In this document: positions 20,604 to 30,039 of the stretch, one piece after another
How positions within the stretch are numbered: the first letter of the stretch is position 1
Layout of the letters: every line of letters begins with the position of its first letter
Source: Nitrospirota bacterium
Lineage (GTDB): Bacteria > Nitrospirota > UBA9217
Length of the DNA stretch: 64,000 nucleotides
Assembly (NCBI GenBank): GCA_963818475.1
Contig: CAWFSF010000002.1
Coordinates: 416,001-480,000 of the forward strand
Direction of reading: 5' to 3'
Made by a program: the position numbers and the translations under genes
Notes under the pieces: generated by a model
The model's input: the letters and a program-made list of their open reading frames with translations, nothing else
What the model was told of the DNA's origin: nothing
The model's database searches: none

Positions 20604-21494
20604 TCACGCGGCATTCGGTGTCTTCGTTATTTCCTTGCCGAGGGTTGCCAGGATATCTATCATCGAGTCAGCGCGATTCATGGTGTAAAAGTGAAAGTAG
20701 TTCACGCCGTGCCTCATCAGATCCTCGACCTGTTTCACGGCGAACTCCACGCCGAGTTTCCTCATGTCCTCGGGCAGATCGCTCACGGGCTCCATTCGGT
20801 CCAGGATCTCCTTCGGGATGGTGGCGCTGCAGACCCCGGCAAACTCCTTGATCCGTTTGCAGTCCACGATCGGCATGATGCCGGGTATGATGGGGATGGT
20901 GATGCCGGCACTGGCGGCCCGGTCCCGGAACCGGTAGAAATAGCGATTATCGAAGAACATCTGGGTGATCGCGAAGTCCGCGCCCTGGTCGATCTTCTGC
21001 TTCGTATATTCCAGGTCCTTCTCGACGTTCGGCGACTGCGGATGCCCTTCGGGATAGACCGCCACGGCAAGAGAAAAACGGCCGGTTTTCGCTAGAAAAT
21101 CGACGAGGTCCCGGGCGAACAGGAAGTCGCCCTTCGATGCATCGAACCCGGACAGGGCCTTCGGCGGGTCGCCGCGCAGGGCGAGGATGTTGTCGATCCC
21201 GCTTGCTTTGAACTCCTCCACGATGGCGCCGATGGATTCCTTCGTCGCGCCGATGCAGGTGAGGTGGGACATGAGGGTGAGTCCGCTGTCCTCACGAAGC
21301 CACCGCAGGGCATTCAGGGTCCTTTCCTGTGTTGTTCCACCCGCCCCATAGGTCACGGACACATAGAGCGGATCGAAGACCTTTAAGTCCGCCACGACCG
21401 TGAGGAATGCGGGCTTCCCCTCGGCATTCTTCGGCGGAAAGACTTCAAAAGCGATCCCCCGCTTTTGCGTTTTAAGGACATCCTTTATCTTCAT
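20604..21494 (-). CDS. metF: Methylenetetrahydrofolate reductase
   Basis: FEVFPPK, SVTYGAGG, HLTC, LALRGDPP, YPEGH, ITQMFFD, HFYTMN. Confidence 0.95.
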   Translation of the reverse strand: MKIKDVLKTQKRGIAFEVFPPKNAEGKPAFLTVVADLKVFDPLYVSVTYGAGGTTQERTLNALRWLREDSGLTLMSHLTCIGATKESIGAIVEEFKASGIDNILALRGDPPKALSGFDASKGDFLFARDLVDFLAKTGRFSLAVAVYPEGHPQSPNVEKDLEYTKQKIDQGADFAITQMFFDNRYFYRFRDRAASAGITIPIIPGIMPIVDCKRIKEFAGVCSATIPKEILDRMEPVSDLPEDMRKLGVEFAVKQVEDLMRHGVNYFHFYTMNRADSMIDILATLGKEITKTPNAA

Positions 21495-21758
21495 GGCTGC
21501 TTCCTTCCTGGAGTATTATCCCTCTTTCGGAGGAAAATATCGCTACCCTGAAATGTCGATTTCTGCTCATGGCATCAGCATTGCAGACTGCGGTTTACTG
21601 AGTTCAGGAAAAACGACCTTCAGGACGGGCTTAACAAAGAGTTTCTCTTGCAGACGATATCCCTTGGTGCCTCTGGTTTGGCGCCCTGACCGCTATTATT
21701 GAAGAGAAAAAAGAGTTATGATGACTACACGAAATCTAACATTACGGGAGGATCCATC

Positions 21759-22289
21759 ATGCCAGTAGTGAATGGATTAGACACAGACGATCTCATGAAG
21801 GTAGTTGGAGCGGTGAAAGAGAACTGGGAAAAAGGCAAGACGATCTGGAAAGCATCGACAACGTGGAAGGGCGGCTTCAAGGTCGAGACCTGCTCGCGTG
21901 AGTTTACGCTCCTGGCTGACGAGCCTGAAATGCTCTGCGGCACCAATACCGCATCCAATCCCGTGGAGATGATCCTTCAGGCATACGGTGCGTGCCTGAC
22001 CATCGGGTATGCCATGAACGCAGCGGTCCGGGGCATCAAGCTCGACGATATCAAGATCGACCTTGAAGGCGAGATCGACCTGCCCGGGTTCCTGGGCCTT
22101 GAGGCGCCGGAAAAGCTGAATATGGCGAAGCTGCCGGGGTTCAAGAATATCACGGTTAAAGTGAAGATAAAATCCCTGACCGACAAAAAAGCGCTCGAAG
22201 AGCTGCATCGGCACGTGATCGGCACGTCGCCGGTAGGGGTAACGCTCGCCCGGCCCGTTACCATTCAGACCTCGCTGGAGGTGGGTTGA
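21759..22289 (+). CDS. OsmC-family protein
   Basis: VNGLD, ADEPEMLCGTNTASNPVE..GACL, GFLG, TSPV; SD GGAGG. Confidence 0.88.
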   Translation: MPVVNGLDTDDLMKVVGAVKENWEKGKTIWKASTTWKGGFKVETCSREFTLLADEPEMLCGTNTASNPVEMILQAYGACLTIGYAMNAAVRGIKLDDIKIDLEGEIDLPGFLGLEAPEKLNMAKLPGFKNITVKVKIKSLTDKKALEELHRHVIGTSPVGVTLARPVTIQTSLEVG

Positions 22290-22319
22290 ACGCTAAACTG
22301 ACTGACAGACTCTGGAAAA

Positions 22320-22349
22320 AAGAGGCCCGAATCGTTCCGGGCCTCTTCT
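22320..22349. terminator. Intrinsic terminator after osmC-like gene
   Basis: aagaggccc..gggcctctt hairpin with upstream A run. Confidence 0.65.
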
Positions 22350-22374
22350 GTAGGAATGGTGAAATTCAATTATG

Positions 22375-23733
22375 TGTCAAATGTCAGGACATCGGTTACC
22401 CGAGTCTGATAGTTTGCTCAACTGGTAGTAAATCGTCCGGCATTAGGTACTCAAAAGTATCGACGATGTCATTTCCTAGATAGAGCTGCACAGCATGTAG
22501 ATTCGTTACAATCTGTGCCCTGACATAAGAGTATATGAGGTCTCTTGATACCTCGAAACGTTCTCCAAAGATATCAAGCTGCCGATTGCTCCGGATGAAC
22601 CGTACGAGAGATACATTTCCATCCGGGATGAAGCTAAGATCCGGCATCTTGCTATTCGACCTCACGGTTATTGGCGCAAAGCCGTGGGCCAGTTTCATTT
22701 CATGAGCCGTTTTCCCTTTGAGGCAGCTGTATCGGTGATGCTTGTTGTGAAACCGTTGAAAATTCTTGTTCTGCTGTTTCAGCACAGCATAGCTTGAGAA
22801 CCATTGCCGACGAAAGAACCGTTTGTCGTAGGTGTCATTGAAACGTTCCACAACGCCGTTACGCCATGGTTCTCCGATCGGGATGAATACCGGATGGACA
22901 CCGTAACTCAGACAAAGCCGTATGACCATCCCCATGGACCTGGGATGCCGGTTGCTGCCCCGGAAGTTCAGCGCGTTGTCCATCTGCAGGTAATCAGGGA
23001 TGCCCATGGTCTTCCAACAGCGCAAAAGGCCTTGGCAGACGTGGGAATCCTGTTTCGTTCTTTGAGCCTCGGTGTAGACTTCATGGCTGAACAGATCAAT
23101 GACATTCAGCGCATAGAATCTGCCGTCATCTTTAATGTAGCGCGGCCCCACCAGGTCCATCTGGTGGATGTTGTTGCATCCCAAGGCTTCGGTGAAGTAC
23201 GGGTATTCGACCCCTTTGGGCGCATAAGCTGTTTTTTTTAACGAGCCCTTCGCGTTTCAACACCCGGTTTATCGTGCTGTCCGAGGGAAACGGCAACCCT
23301 TGCTTCTTAAGCTCCCATTTTATGGAGGAAACTCCAATTTGGGCATAAGGGGCATCCACCAAGTTTTGTCTGGTCGAAAGAATACGCTCTTTCGACTTCT
23401 CGTCGATTTCTGAGGGCTTTGTTTTGGGAGCGCGAGATTGCTCTTTGTACCAGTCGGGTCCGCCGGTTCGATATCGTATCAGCCATTTGAAGAACCACTT
23501 TTTGGATCGGTTCAGGCTGGTATAAACATCCTTTGGCGATTCGCCTCCCTGGATGTGTCGGCTAATAGCTGCCTGTCTGAGTTCTTCTTCCATAGAGGCT
23601 CTCCTTCTTGATTCAGATTAGGAGAGCATGATAGCATCAAACAGCATTAAGGAAACTGACATCCTAATTTAAATGGATTTCGGGTAACCGATGTCTTGAC
23701 ATATCCGGGTAACCGATGTCCTGAAACTTGTCA
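22375..23733 (-). mobile_element. Insertion sequence (DDE/rve, IS481/IS3-like)
   Basis: Terminal IRs TGTCAAATGTCAGGACATCGGTTACCCG / CGGGTAACCGATGTCCTGAAACTTGTCA, extra internal IR copy near 23681; ATG on both flanks. Confidence 0.88.
22396..23593 (-). CDS. Transposase, two ORFs joined by a -1 shift at an A8 run (~23232-23239)
   Basis: HTH ORF 23132..23593; rve ORF with HQMD, QMDN, NGVVERFN. Confidence 0.85.
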
Positions 23734-23865
23734 ATGATGCCTTACGCAGCTTTCTTCAATGCATATGCAACCATGCCTGGCCAAAAGTTGCAGAAAAAGT
23801 GACACATCATAAAAAAGCAACAGTGATGCTAATCAAGCTGTACTATTTCACCGGGAGCTCCGAGC

Positions 23866-24642
23866 CTACTTCTTATCGATCCATTCGATCAGCTTGTCTT
23901 CCGGGAGAAATCCGGAAAGCACCGTTCCGTCGTCACGCACCAATGTCGGCGTGCTGTTGAAATTGAGCGACCGGGCCAGCGCGGCGTTCCGGTTCATCGC
24001 ATCTGCGGTGCAGTTCGCGGGCGGCTCGGGCACGGTCTTTCCCGAGAAAGCGTCATCGAGCATCTCGGTTGATTTCGAGCACAGGACGGACTGGATCTTT
24101 TTGGGAGCATCCTTGTGCATCGGCAAGGGATAAAGGATATCGACAAATGCGATATCGGGCCGCTTGGCGATGATCTGCTTTATGCTGTCGTGAAGCTTCC
24201 GGCAATAAGGACAGTCAGGATCGCTGAAGACGATCACTTTTTTTGCGGCCGCTTTTGCACCCACGGTAATGGCGTCACCCAGGGGGATCTTCGAGACATC
24301 GACCTTCTGCGGAGTCTGCTGCGCCTGCATCTGCTTGAGATAGGCATCGACCGGCATAAGCTGGAGCAGGTATTTTCCCGAGCAATCGAGATATATCGGT
24401 CCGCGCTGGCCGTTTTTTTCTACGTCGACCTCCCAAACACCCTTGACCGGCGACTCTTTGATATCCAGCGTGGTGCCGCCAGGGACGACTTTTTTGACGA
24501 TGGCGTCCACCTTTTTCTTTTCAAGCTCGGGACATTTTTCGGCAACGTTTACTTCGCTTTTGTCAGCAGCCTGCGATGCGGGCGTGAAAACAAACATGAA
24601 CAGCACTGCGGAGACAACTGCAACACCCTGAAATCTTTTCAT
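23866..24642 (-). CDS. dsbC: DsbC-family thiol:disulfide isomerase
   Basis: Signal peptide, FSDPDCPYC, STPT. Confidence 0.88.
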   Translation of the reverse strand: MKRFQGVAVVSAVLFMFVFTPASQAADKSEVNVAEKCPELEKKKVDAIVKKVVPGGTTLDIKESPVKGVWEVDVEKNGQRGPIYLDCSGKYLLQLMPVDAYLKQMQAQQTPQKVDVSKIPLGDAITVGAKAAAKKVIVFSDPDCPYCRKLHDSIKQIIAKRPDIAFVDILYPLPMHKDAPKKIQSVLCSKSTEMLDDAFSGKTVPEPPANCTADAMNRNAALARSLNFNSTPTLVRDDGTVLSGFLPEDKLIEWIDKK

Positions 24643-24859
24643 TGAGAGCTCCCTTCAGATTAGTATCGTTCGTTACAACTTATGCGATTACGGTTCCCAT
24701 GCCGGGTCAGTGACTATAACGATTAATATAACGCATTTTTAAGCTGCATACTTCAATCGATACTTTCAAAACACTAAGATTTTGGAACTCTGCAGAACAC
24801 CTGATAGTCTGTAATTTCGATTAGACGAAGCAATCGTCGAATACAGGACGAAAAGTGGA

Positions 24860-24919
24860 CATGAACACGGCGGTCACTCGCCGCTTCTTGGCGAGTCGCA
24901 GCGGACCCGCTGGTTGTAG
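24860..24919 (-). other. attC site (degenerate) of cassette 3
   Basis: Minus strand CTACAAC-CAGCG-GGTCCGCT..CTCGCCAAGAAGCGGCGAG..TGACC-GCCGT-GTTCATG. Confidence 0.65.
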
Positions 24920-24955
24920 CGCGTTTTCTTCGCTGTAACTGTAAATACATACCCT

Positions 24956-25414
24956 TTACTTTGACGTTGCACCCAAATTCGTTTTATACAGTTGAACTGC
25001 CTCAGCAATAGTTTTGACACTTATTACATCTAGCGTTTTATAACCATCAGCCTTATGGAAGTACACCATCATGATCTGCGGCTTAGCGACCTTTTGACCC
25101 GCTGTATCACCGACGACGGTACTTATGTGAAGGTTATATCCATTTTGTTGTGGAATTATCATTTCAACGCAGACAGGGGCTGACCTGCCATCACCGCCTT
25201 CACCGCAATCGTTTACTTCCCAGGTCGCTTTCCCCCCGTACTGAAACGTGTTTTCTAACCATACAGGAATTGCTATGGCTGGCAATCCTTTCTCCAAGAT
25301 AGCTGCGTTTGATTTTTTTATCATATCTATGAAGTCTGAGTCTTGAAGGCCGGCAAATGAACTTGTTGGGAGCAAAAAGAGAAGAGATAAAATTATTGAG
25401 TATAATAACCGCAT
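24956..25414 (-). CDS. Integron cassette gene, secreted hypothetical protein
   Basis: Low GC, SD GGAGG, signal peptide MRLLYSIILSLLFLLPTSSFA, flanked by attC sites. Confidence 0.75.
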   Translation of the reverse strand: MRLLYSIILSLLFLLPTSSFAGLQDSDFIDMIKKSNAAILEKGLPAIAIPVWLENTFQYGGKATWEVNDCGEGGDGRSAPVCVEMIIPQQNGYNLHISTVVGDTAGQKVAKPQIMMVYFHKADGYKTLDVISVKTIAEAVQLYKTNLGATSK

Positions 25415-25433
25415 TAATACCTCCCTTGACAGT

Positions 25434-25494
25434 GTACAACACGCGCCTGACGCGCCGCTTTCTGGCGCGTCGCTGTCGAGGCGCTGCGTTAGGT
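25434..25494 (-). other. attC site of cassette 2
   Basis: Minus strand ACCTAAC..GCGCCT(C)GAC..GACGCGCCAGAAAGCGGCGCGTC AGGCGC..GTTGTAC, extrahelical C in L box. Confidence 0.8.
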
Positions 25495-25496
25495 GT

Positions 25497-25823
25497 TTAG
25501 GGGATAAGCGATATGCGAGAACCTCTAGCATGAGCCCACGCTAATAATGTGCTCTTCACTTTATCCTTAGCTTTGAGATCTAACGGTTTACCGTCAACCC
25601 GTTCTAAGCTTGATTCGAAAAGAATGAAGTCGACTTCTGAGCCAAGATCGTAATAATATTTCGCAGTCACCCCATCGATTTCAATTAATATGTGACCGTC
25701 GCGTCCGCCAGAAACCTTACACTTGAATAGACGGTCAATCTTATTCTTTTTGTATATACGAAAAGAAAACCAAGCAAAAATAGAAACAATAAATATAGAT
25801 ATTGCTATCTGTATGTCGCTCAT
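25497..25823 (-). CDS. Integron cassette gene, small membrane-anchored hypothetical protein
   Basis: Low GC; bounded by complementary GTTAGGTGT / ACACCTAAC. Confidence 0.75.
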   Translation of the reverse strand: MSDIQIAISIFIVSIFAWFSFRIYKKNKIDRLFKCKVSGGRDGHILIEIDGVTAKYYYDLGSEVDFILFESSLERVDGKPLDLKAKDKVKSTLLAWAHARGSRISLIP

Positions 25824-25833
25824 TGTTTAAGAC

Positions 25834-25897
25834 ACCTAACGAGTCTGTAGGCTGAGGGGCGCGGTGTTCGCGACCCTCTCGAGCCGAATGGTTATAA
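25834..25897 (-). other. attC site of cassette 1
   Basis: Minus strand TTATAAC-CATTC-GGCT(C)GAG..CTCAGCC..GTTAGGT. Confidence 0.72.
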
Positions 25898-25915
25898 ATA
25901 CGCAATTCTTTGGCG

Positions 25916-26317
25916 TCACAACTGAGTTGTTTCCGGTGACACAGAGGACTTCTCAAAGTACGCACGCACTGATGTGTCTGACCGAAAGCGCATGAACAGC
26001 CATATGAAGATTATAAAAAAAATAGTGGATTCCGCGGTGGCAATAACTTCCGACCGCCGAGCAAAACTGCCCAGGAAACCCAAGCCTGATGTTACCATGT
26101 AGAAACCGAACACCGATTTGCTTAGGGTGTATCCCCACTTCGATCGTTTCGCAATACCGAATATGCCCGCAGCATGCAGAGAAAACGCGAAGAGCGTAGT
26201 CGAGATGCCCCAGATTGTAAAGCCAGACCAACGGGGGATAGCGACAACAGGAACGATGACGAAAGCGAAAACAGTATGAACAAATAGAGCTGTAACAATA
26301 GGGATAGATCTAAACAT
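25916..26317 (-). CDS. Integron cassette gene, 4-TM membrane protein
   Basis: SD AGGAGG, hydrophobic; preceded by core site GTTATAG (26339-26345). Confidence 0.75.
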   Translation of the reverse strand: MFRSIPIVTALFVHTVFAFVIVPVVAIPRWSGFTIWGISTTLFAFSLHAAGIFGIAKRSKWGYTLSKSVFGFYMVTSGLGFLGSFARRSEVIATAESTIFFIIFIWLFMRFRSDTSVRAYFEKSSVSPETTQL

Positions 26318-26436
26318 GGCCGCCTCCTGGGGGTGGAACTATAACAAGTTATTGAGTAGCCCCCTCTATAATTACGGATTTCCGGAATTATGGAGTTTAG
26401 CAATGAACATGCCAAAGCACTTGCAGGATCCAGACA

Positions 26437-26465
26437 AATATATGCCTTAGCTGAGAATATGTCAA
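26437..26465 (-). promoter_or_regulatory. Pc-like sigma70 promoter facing the cassette array
   Basis: TTGACA-17bp-TATATT on minus strand. Confidence 0.7.
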
Positions 26466-26481
26466 CGACAGTGGCGGTTAG

Positions 26482-27891
26482 TGTCAACCCAAAGTAGAAA
26501 TGTCCTACTCTTACCAAGATAGAAATGTCCGCTTTTAGGAAGCAATTGGAAATTGTACATTTGCTCTGCGGAGTCTCTTCCATGGATGATCTGATGGTTG
26601 ATACCGACTTGTCGGTTTCTTATTGACTGCCGGTGTTTTAGGGTTTTCTTTCGCTGGCCGTGTTTTGATCTCCCGATATGTTAATTCCAAGCCCCTGTGA
26701 GTGATATGCAGAGATCCATCGAGTCGTTCTTCCACTGCGACCTTTTGAGTCTTTATAGCGTCTTTGATCTGGTACAGTTTGCCATTATAAGCTATGGTGA
26801 AATCGTTCCGTAGCGTACGCTCCTCTCGAATGCAGAAGATCTTGTCGAGTTCCCTTATGGATAGCGCGCGTTGGTGTACATCGGCTGCAGAAACGGGTTT
26901 TACCTTGAATTTCGCATTGTATATTGGATGATACTTTATCAGGAATTCGTTTGCCTGCACAACACTGTTTACCCTGGCAAGCCTCATCTCTTTAACCAAT
27001 CGATCCTGGAGCGTTCGAAAACTTCTTTCTATCCTGCCTTTTGCCTGGGGTGAATTCGCATGGATGACCGTTACCCCGAGTTCGGTTAGACTCCTTTCGA
27101 ACTGGCTCATGGGTTTTCTATCTTCCAACTCATCCTCGATGCTCTGCTTGGCATTGGATTTATACGTTGAGTGCTTGTCCAAATAGACACTCTGTGGAAT
27201 GCCGTAGCGCTTGATATACCGCTTGAAGCTATCCATGGCTGGCATGGTCCCCTCATAATCATAAAAGCGCCCATACACCGTTCCTGTGGCATCATCGATA
27301 TATCCCATTAATACGCTCTCAGGACCCCGGCCTTCGAACCAGGCATGATGGGAGCCATCCATCTGGAGCATTTCACCAAAATGATGCTTCCTCTCGCGCC
27401 ATTGCCGGTGCTTTCTACCCTTGCGCTTCTCGTAAGGGATGCTTTCCTGATTAAGCCATAGACGGAGGGTTTCGTCGCTTAGCTTGATTTCATGAACATC
27501 AAGAAGCTTCTCGCAGGCAAAGGTGGGGCCAAAATCACTGTATTTCTCCCGATACAGCTTGAGTGCCTTGTCTTTTGCCTTCTGAGGGAATCGACGATTC
27601 GAGGTTTTGCCGCGGGATCGGTGACTGATGCCGTCGTCTCCCTCCTTCCGTACTCGTTTGAGTATCCGTCGAATCTGCCTGCTGCTCAAGCCTACAAGTT
27701 CAGCAGCTGTCTTCTGCGTGATCCTTTTATCCAATGCTTGGTGGATAATGTGCAGTCTTTTTGTTTCTCTCCTGCTCATAGTGATCATGTCCATTTCTGT
27801 CACAGTACCCTCCAATTACATCAGGGTATTGTAACTTAGAATAGGACATTTCTACTTTGGGAGAATAGGACATTATCATTTTGGGAGTACA
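26482..27891 (-). mobile_element. IS1202-like (ISNCY) insertion sequence, copy 1
   Basis: TGT..ACA ends with repeated (A)AATGTCC motifs; 16-bp DR cgacagtggcggttag. Confidence 0.9.
26535..27815 (-). CDS. DDE transposase (IS1202/ISNCY-like)
   Basis: HTH, QMDGSHHAW, IDDATG, YLDKH, SPQAKGRIER..TLQDRL. Confidence 0.92.
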   Translation of the reverse strand: MEGTVTEMDMITMSRRETKRLHIIHQALDKRITQKTAAELVGLSSRQIRRILKRVRKEGDDGISHRSRGKTSNRRFPQKAKDKALKLYREKYSDFGPTFACEKLLDVHEIKLSDETLRLWLNQESIPYEKRKGRKHRQWRERKHHFGEMLQMDGSHHAWFEGRGPESVLMGYIDDATGTVYGRFYDYEGTMPAMDSFKRYIKRYGIPQSVYLDKHSTYKSNAKQSIEDELEDRKPMSQFERSLTELGVTVIHANSPQAKGRIERSFRTLQDRLVKEMRLARVNSVVQANEFLIKYHPIYNAKFKVKPVSAADVHQRALSIRELDKIFCIREERTLRNDFTIAYNGKLYQIKDAIKTQKVAVEERLDGSLHITHRGLELTYREIKTRPAKENPKTPAVNKKPTSRYQPSDHPWKRLRRANVQFPIAS

Positions 27892-27907
27892 CGACAGTGG
27901 CGGTTAG

Positions 27908-29318
27908 TGTCAACCCAAAGTAGAAATGTCCTACTCTTACCAAGATAGAAATGTCCGCTTTTAGGAAGCAATTGGAAATTGTACATTTGCTCTGCGGAGT
28001 CTCTTCCATGGATGATCTGATGGTTGATACCGACTTGTCGGTTTCTTATTGACTGCCGGTGTTTTAGGGTTTTCTTTCGCTGGCCGTGTTTTGATCTCCC
28101 GATATGTTAATTCCAAGCCCCTGTGAGTGATATGCAGAGATCCATCGAGTCGTTCTTCCACTGCGACCTTTTGAGTCTTTATAGCGTCTTTGATCTGGTA
28201 CAGTTTGCCATTATACGCAATGGTGAAATCGTTCCGTAGCGTACGCTCCTCTCGAATGCAGAAGATCTTGTCGAGTTCCCTTATGGATAGCGCGCGTTGG
28301 TGTACATCGGCTGCAGAAACGGGTTTTACCTTGAATTTCGCATTGTATATTGGATGATACTTTATCAGGAATTCGTTTGCCTGCACAACACTGTTTACCC
28401 TGGCAAGCCTCATCTCTTTAACCAATCGATCCTGGAGCGTTCGAAAACTTCTTTCTATCCTGCCTTTTGCCTGGGGTGAATTCGCATGGATGACCGTTAC
28501 TCCGAGTTCGGTTAGACTCCTTTCGAACTGGCTCATGGGTTTTCTATCTTCCAACTCATCCTCGATGCTCTGCTTGGCATTGGATTTATACGTTGAGTGC
28601 TTGTCCAAATAGACACTCTGTGGAATGCCGTAGCGCTTGATATACCGCTTGAAGCTATCCATGGCTGGCATGGTCCCCTCATAATCATAAAAGCGCCCAT
28701 ACACCGTTCCTGTGGCATCATCGATATATCCCATTAATACGCTCTCAGGACCCCGGCCTTCGAACCAGGCATGATGGGAGCCATCCATCTGGAGCATTTC
28801 ACCAAAATGATGCTTCCTCTCGCGCCATTGCCGGTGCTTTCTACCCTTGCGCTTCTCATAAGGGATGCTTTCCTGATTAAGCCATAGACGGAGGGTTTCG
28901 TCGCTTAGCTTGATTTCATGAACATCAAGAAGCTTTTCGCAGGCAAAGGTGGGGCCAAAATCACTGTATTTCTCCCGATACAGCTTGAGTGCCTTGTCTT
29001 TTACCTTCTGAGGGAATCGACGATTCGAGGTTTTGCCGCGGGATCGGTGACTGATGCCGTCGTCTCCCTCCTTCCGTACTCGTTTGAGTATCCGTCGAAT
29101 CTGCCTGCTGCTCAAGCCTACAAGTTCAGCAGCTGTCTTCTGCGTGATCCTTTTATCCAATGCTTGGTGGATAATGTGCAGTCTTTTTGTTTCTCTCCTG
29201 CTCATAGTGATCATGTCCATTTCTGTCACAGTACCCTCCAATTACATCAGGGTATTGTAACTTAGAATAGGACATTTCTACTTTGGGAGAATAGGACATT
29301 ATCAATTTTGGGAGTACA
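27908..29318 (-). mobile_element. IS1202-like insertion sequence, copy 2 (tandem)
   Basis: Near-identical to copy 1; same 16-bp DR between the copies and after. Confidence 0.9.
27961..29241 (-). CDS. DDE transposase (IS1202/ISNCY-like)
   Basis: Matches copy 1 except QKAKDK to QKVKDK. Confidence 0.92.
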   Translation of the reverse strand: MEGTVTEMDMITMSRRETKRLHIIHQALDKRITQKTAAELVGLSSRQIRRILKRVRKEGDDGISHRSRGKTSNRRFPQKVKDKALKLYREKYSDFGPTFACEKLLDVHEIKLSDETLRLWLNQESIPYEKRKGRKHRQWRERKHHFGEMLQMDGSHHAWFEGRGPESVLMGYIDDATGTVYGRFYDYEGTMPAMDSFKRYIKRYGIPQSVYLDKHSTYKSNAKQSIEDELEDRKPMSQFERSLTELGVTVIHANSPQAKGRIERSFRTLQDRLVKEMRLARVNSVVQANEFLIKYHPIYNAKFKVKPVSAADVHQRALSIRELDKIFCIREERTLRNDFTIAYNGKLYQIKDAIKTQKVAVEERLDGSLHITHRGLELTYREIKTRPAKENPKTPAVNKKPTSRYQPSDHPWKRLRRANVQFPIAS

Positions 29319-29398
29319 CGACAGTGGCGGTTAGTGGCGGTTAGCGATGGGGTATTTTCAGGGTATTCCAGCAATTGCAGAATGTAGCATGAAGGGCT

Positions 29399-30016
29399 TT
29401 AAAAAAAGGCAACTTCATATCTAGACGTCAGTGTCCCGGCAATTTCCCGTGCCCGATAGGTTGCAAAGGTGATCCGGTCTACGGTAAGTTTGCAGGGGTC
29501 CCTGGGGAAGGAGGACATCCTATCGACTACCACGCTGCCCGGAAAAGCCCCCGAATAGAGCCCGACGGTTATATGGGGAGTGTATGCGCTCCTGCCGATC
29601 TCTTTTCCTGTCGTCGCCAACAGCGCCCTCACGCGGCCGAGGCCGCCTTCCAGATCAGCGACTTCCAGAAAGGGAGCGGAGGCAAAACTGCTCAATCCAC
29701 CGATCTCAACGGTAAAGGGCTCAACAGCCGCCTCTCTCAGCAAATGCAAATGTTGTCCGAACTGCAGAGCACTGTAATCGTCGTCATACCGCGGGGTGGC
29801 GGCCAAGAAACCGCACACAAAGATCGTAATATGCGGCTGTCGCTGATAGGGTTTTATCAGAAAATCCGAAAGGTGTTCTCTCGCGGCGTCGACTTTTCGA
29901 GAAACCTCCATCCTGCCGAGCTCAATGAGCCAGACGGAGTAGTCCTGACGCCCGTGATGCCATTCGGGGTGATCATGAACAGGTGAGGGGGTGGTTTCCT
30001 GGTTCTGGTGGAGCAT
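29399..30016 (-). CDS. 2H phosphoesterase (2'-5' RNA ligase/LigT-like)
   Basis: Two HxT motifs: PHITI and PHITV. Confidence 0.85.
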   Translation of the reverse strand: MLHQNQETTPSPVHDHPEWHHGRQDYSVWLIELGRMEVSRKVDAAREHLSDFLIKPYQRQPHITIFVCGFLAATPRYDDDYSALQFGQHLHLLREAAVEPFTVEIGGLSSFASAPFLEVADLEGGLGRVRALLATTGKEIGRSAYTPHITVGLYSGAFPGSVVVDRMSSFPRDPCKLTVDRITFATYRAREIAGTLTSRYEVAFF

Positions 30017-30039
30017 CGCCGTCGACCCTCTTGCTGTCT

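Noticed and set aside
7136-21494. Methanogenesis or an archaeal contig
   Set aside because: There are no mcr or other mtr subunits, and the window has a bacterial peptidoglycan cluster, sigma54 system and THF-type MetF.
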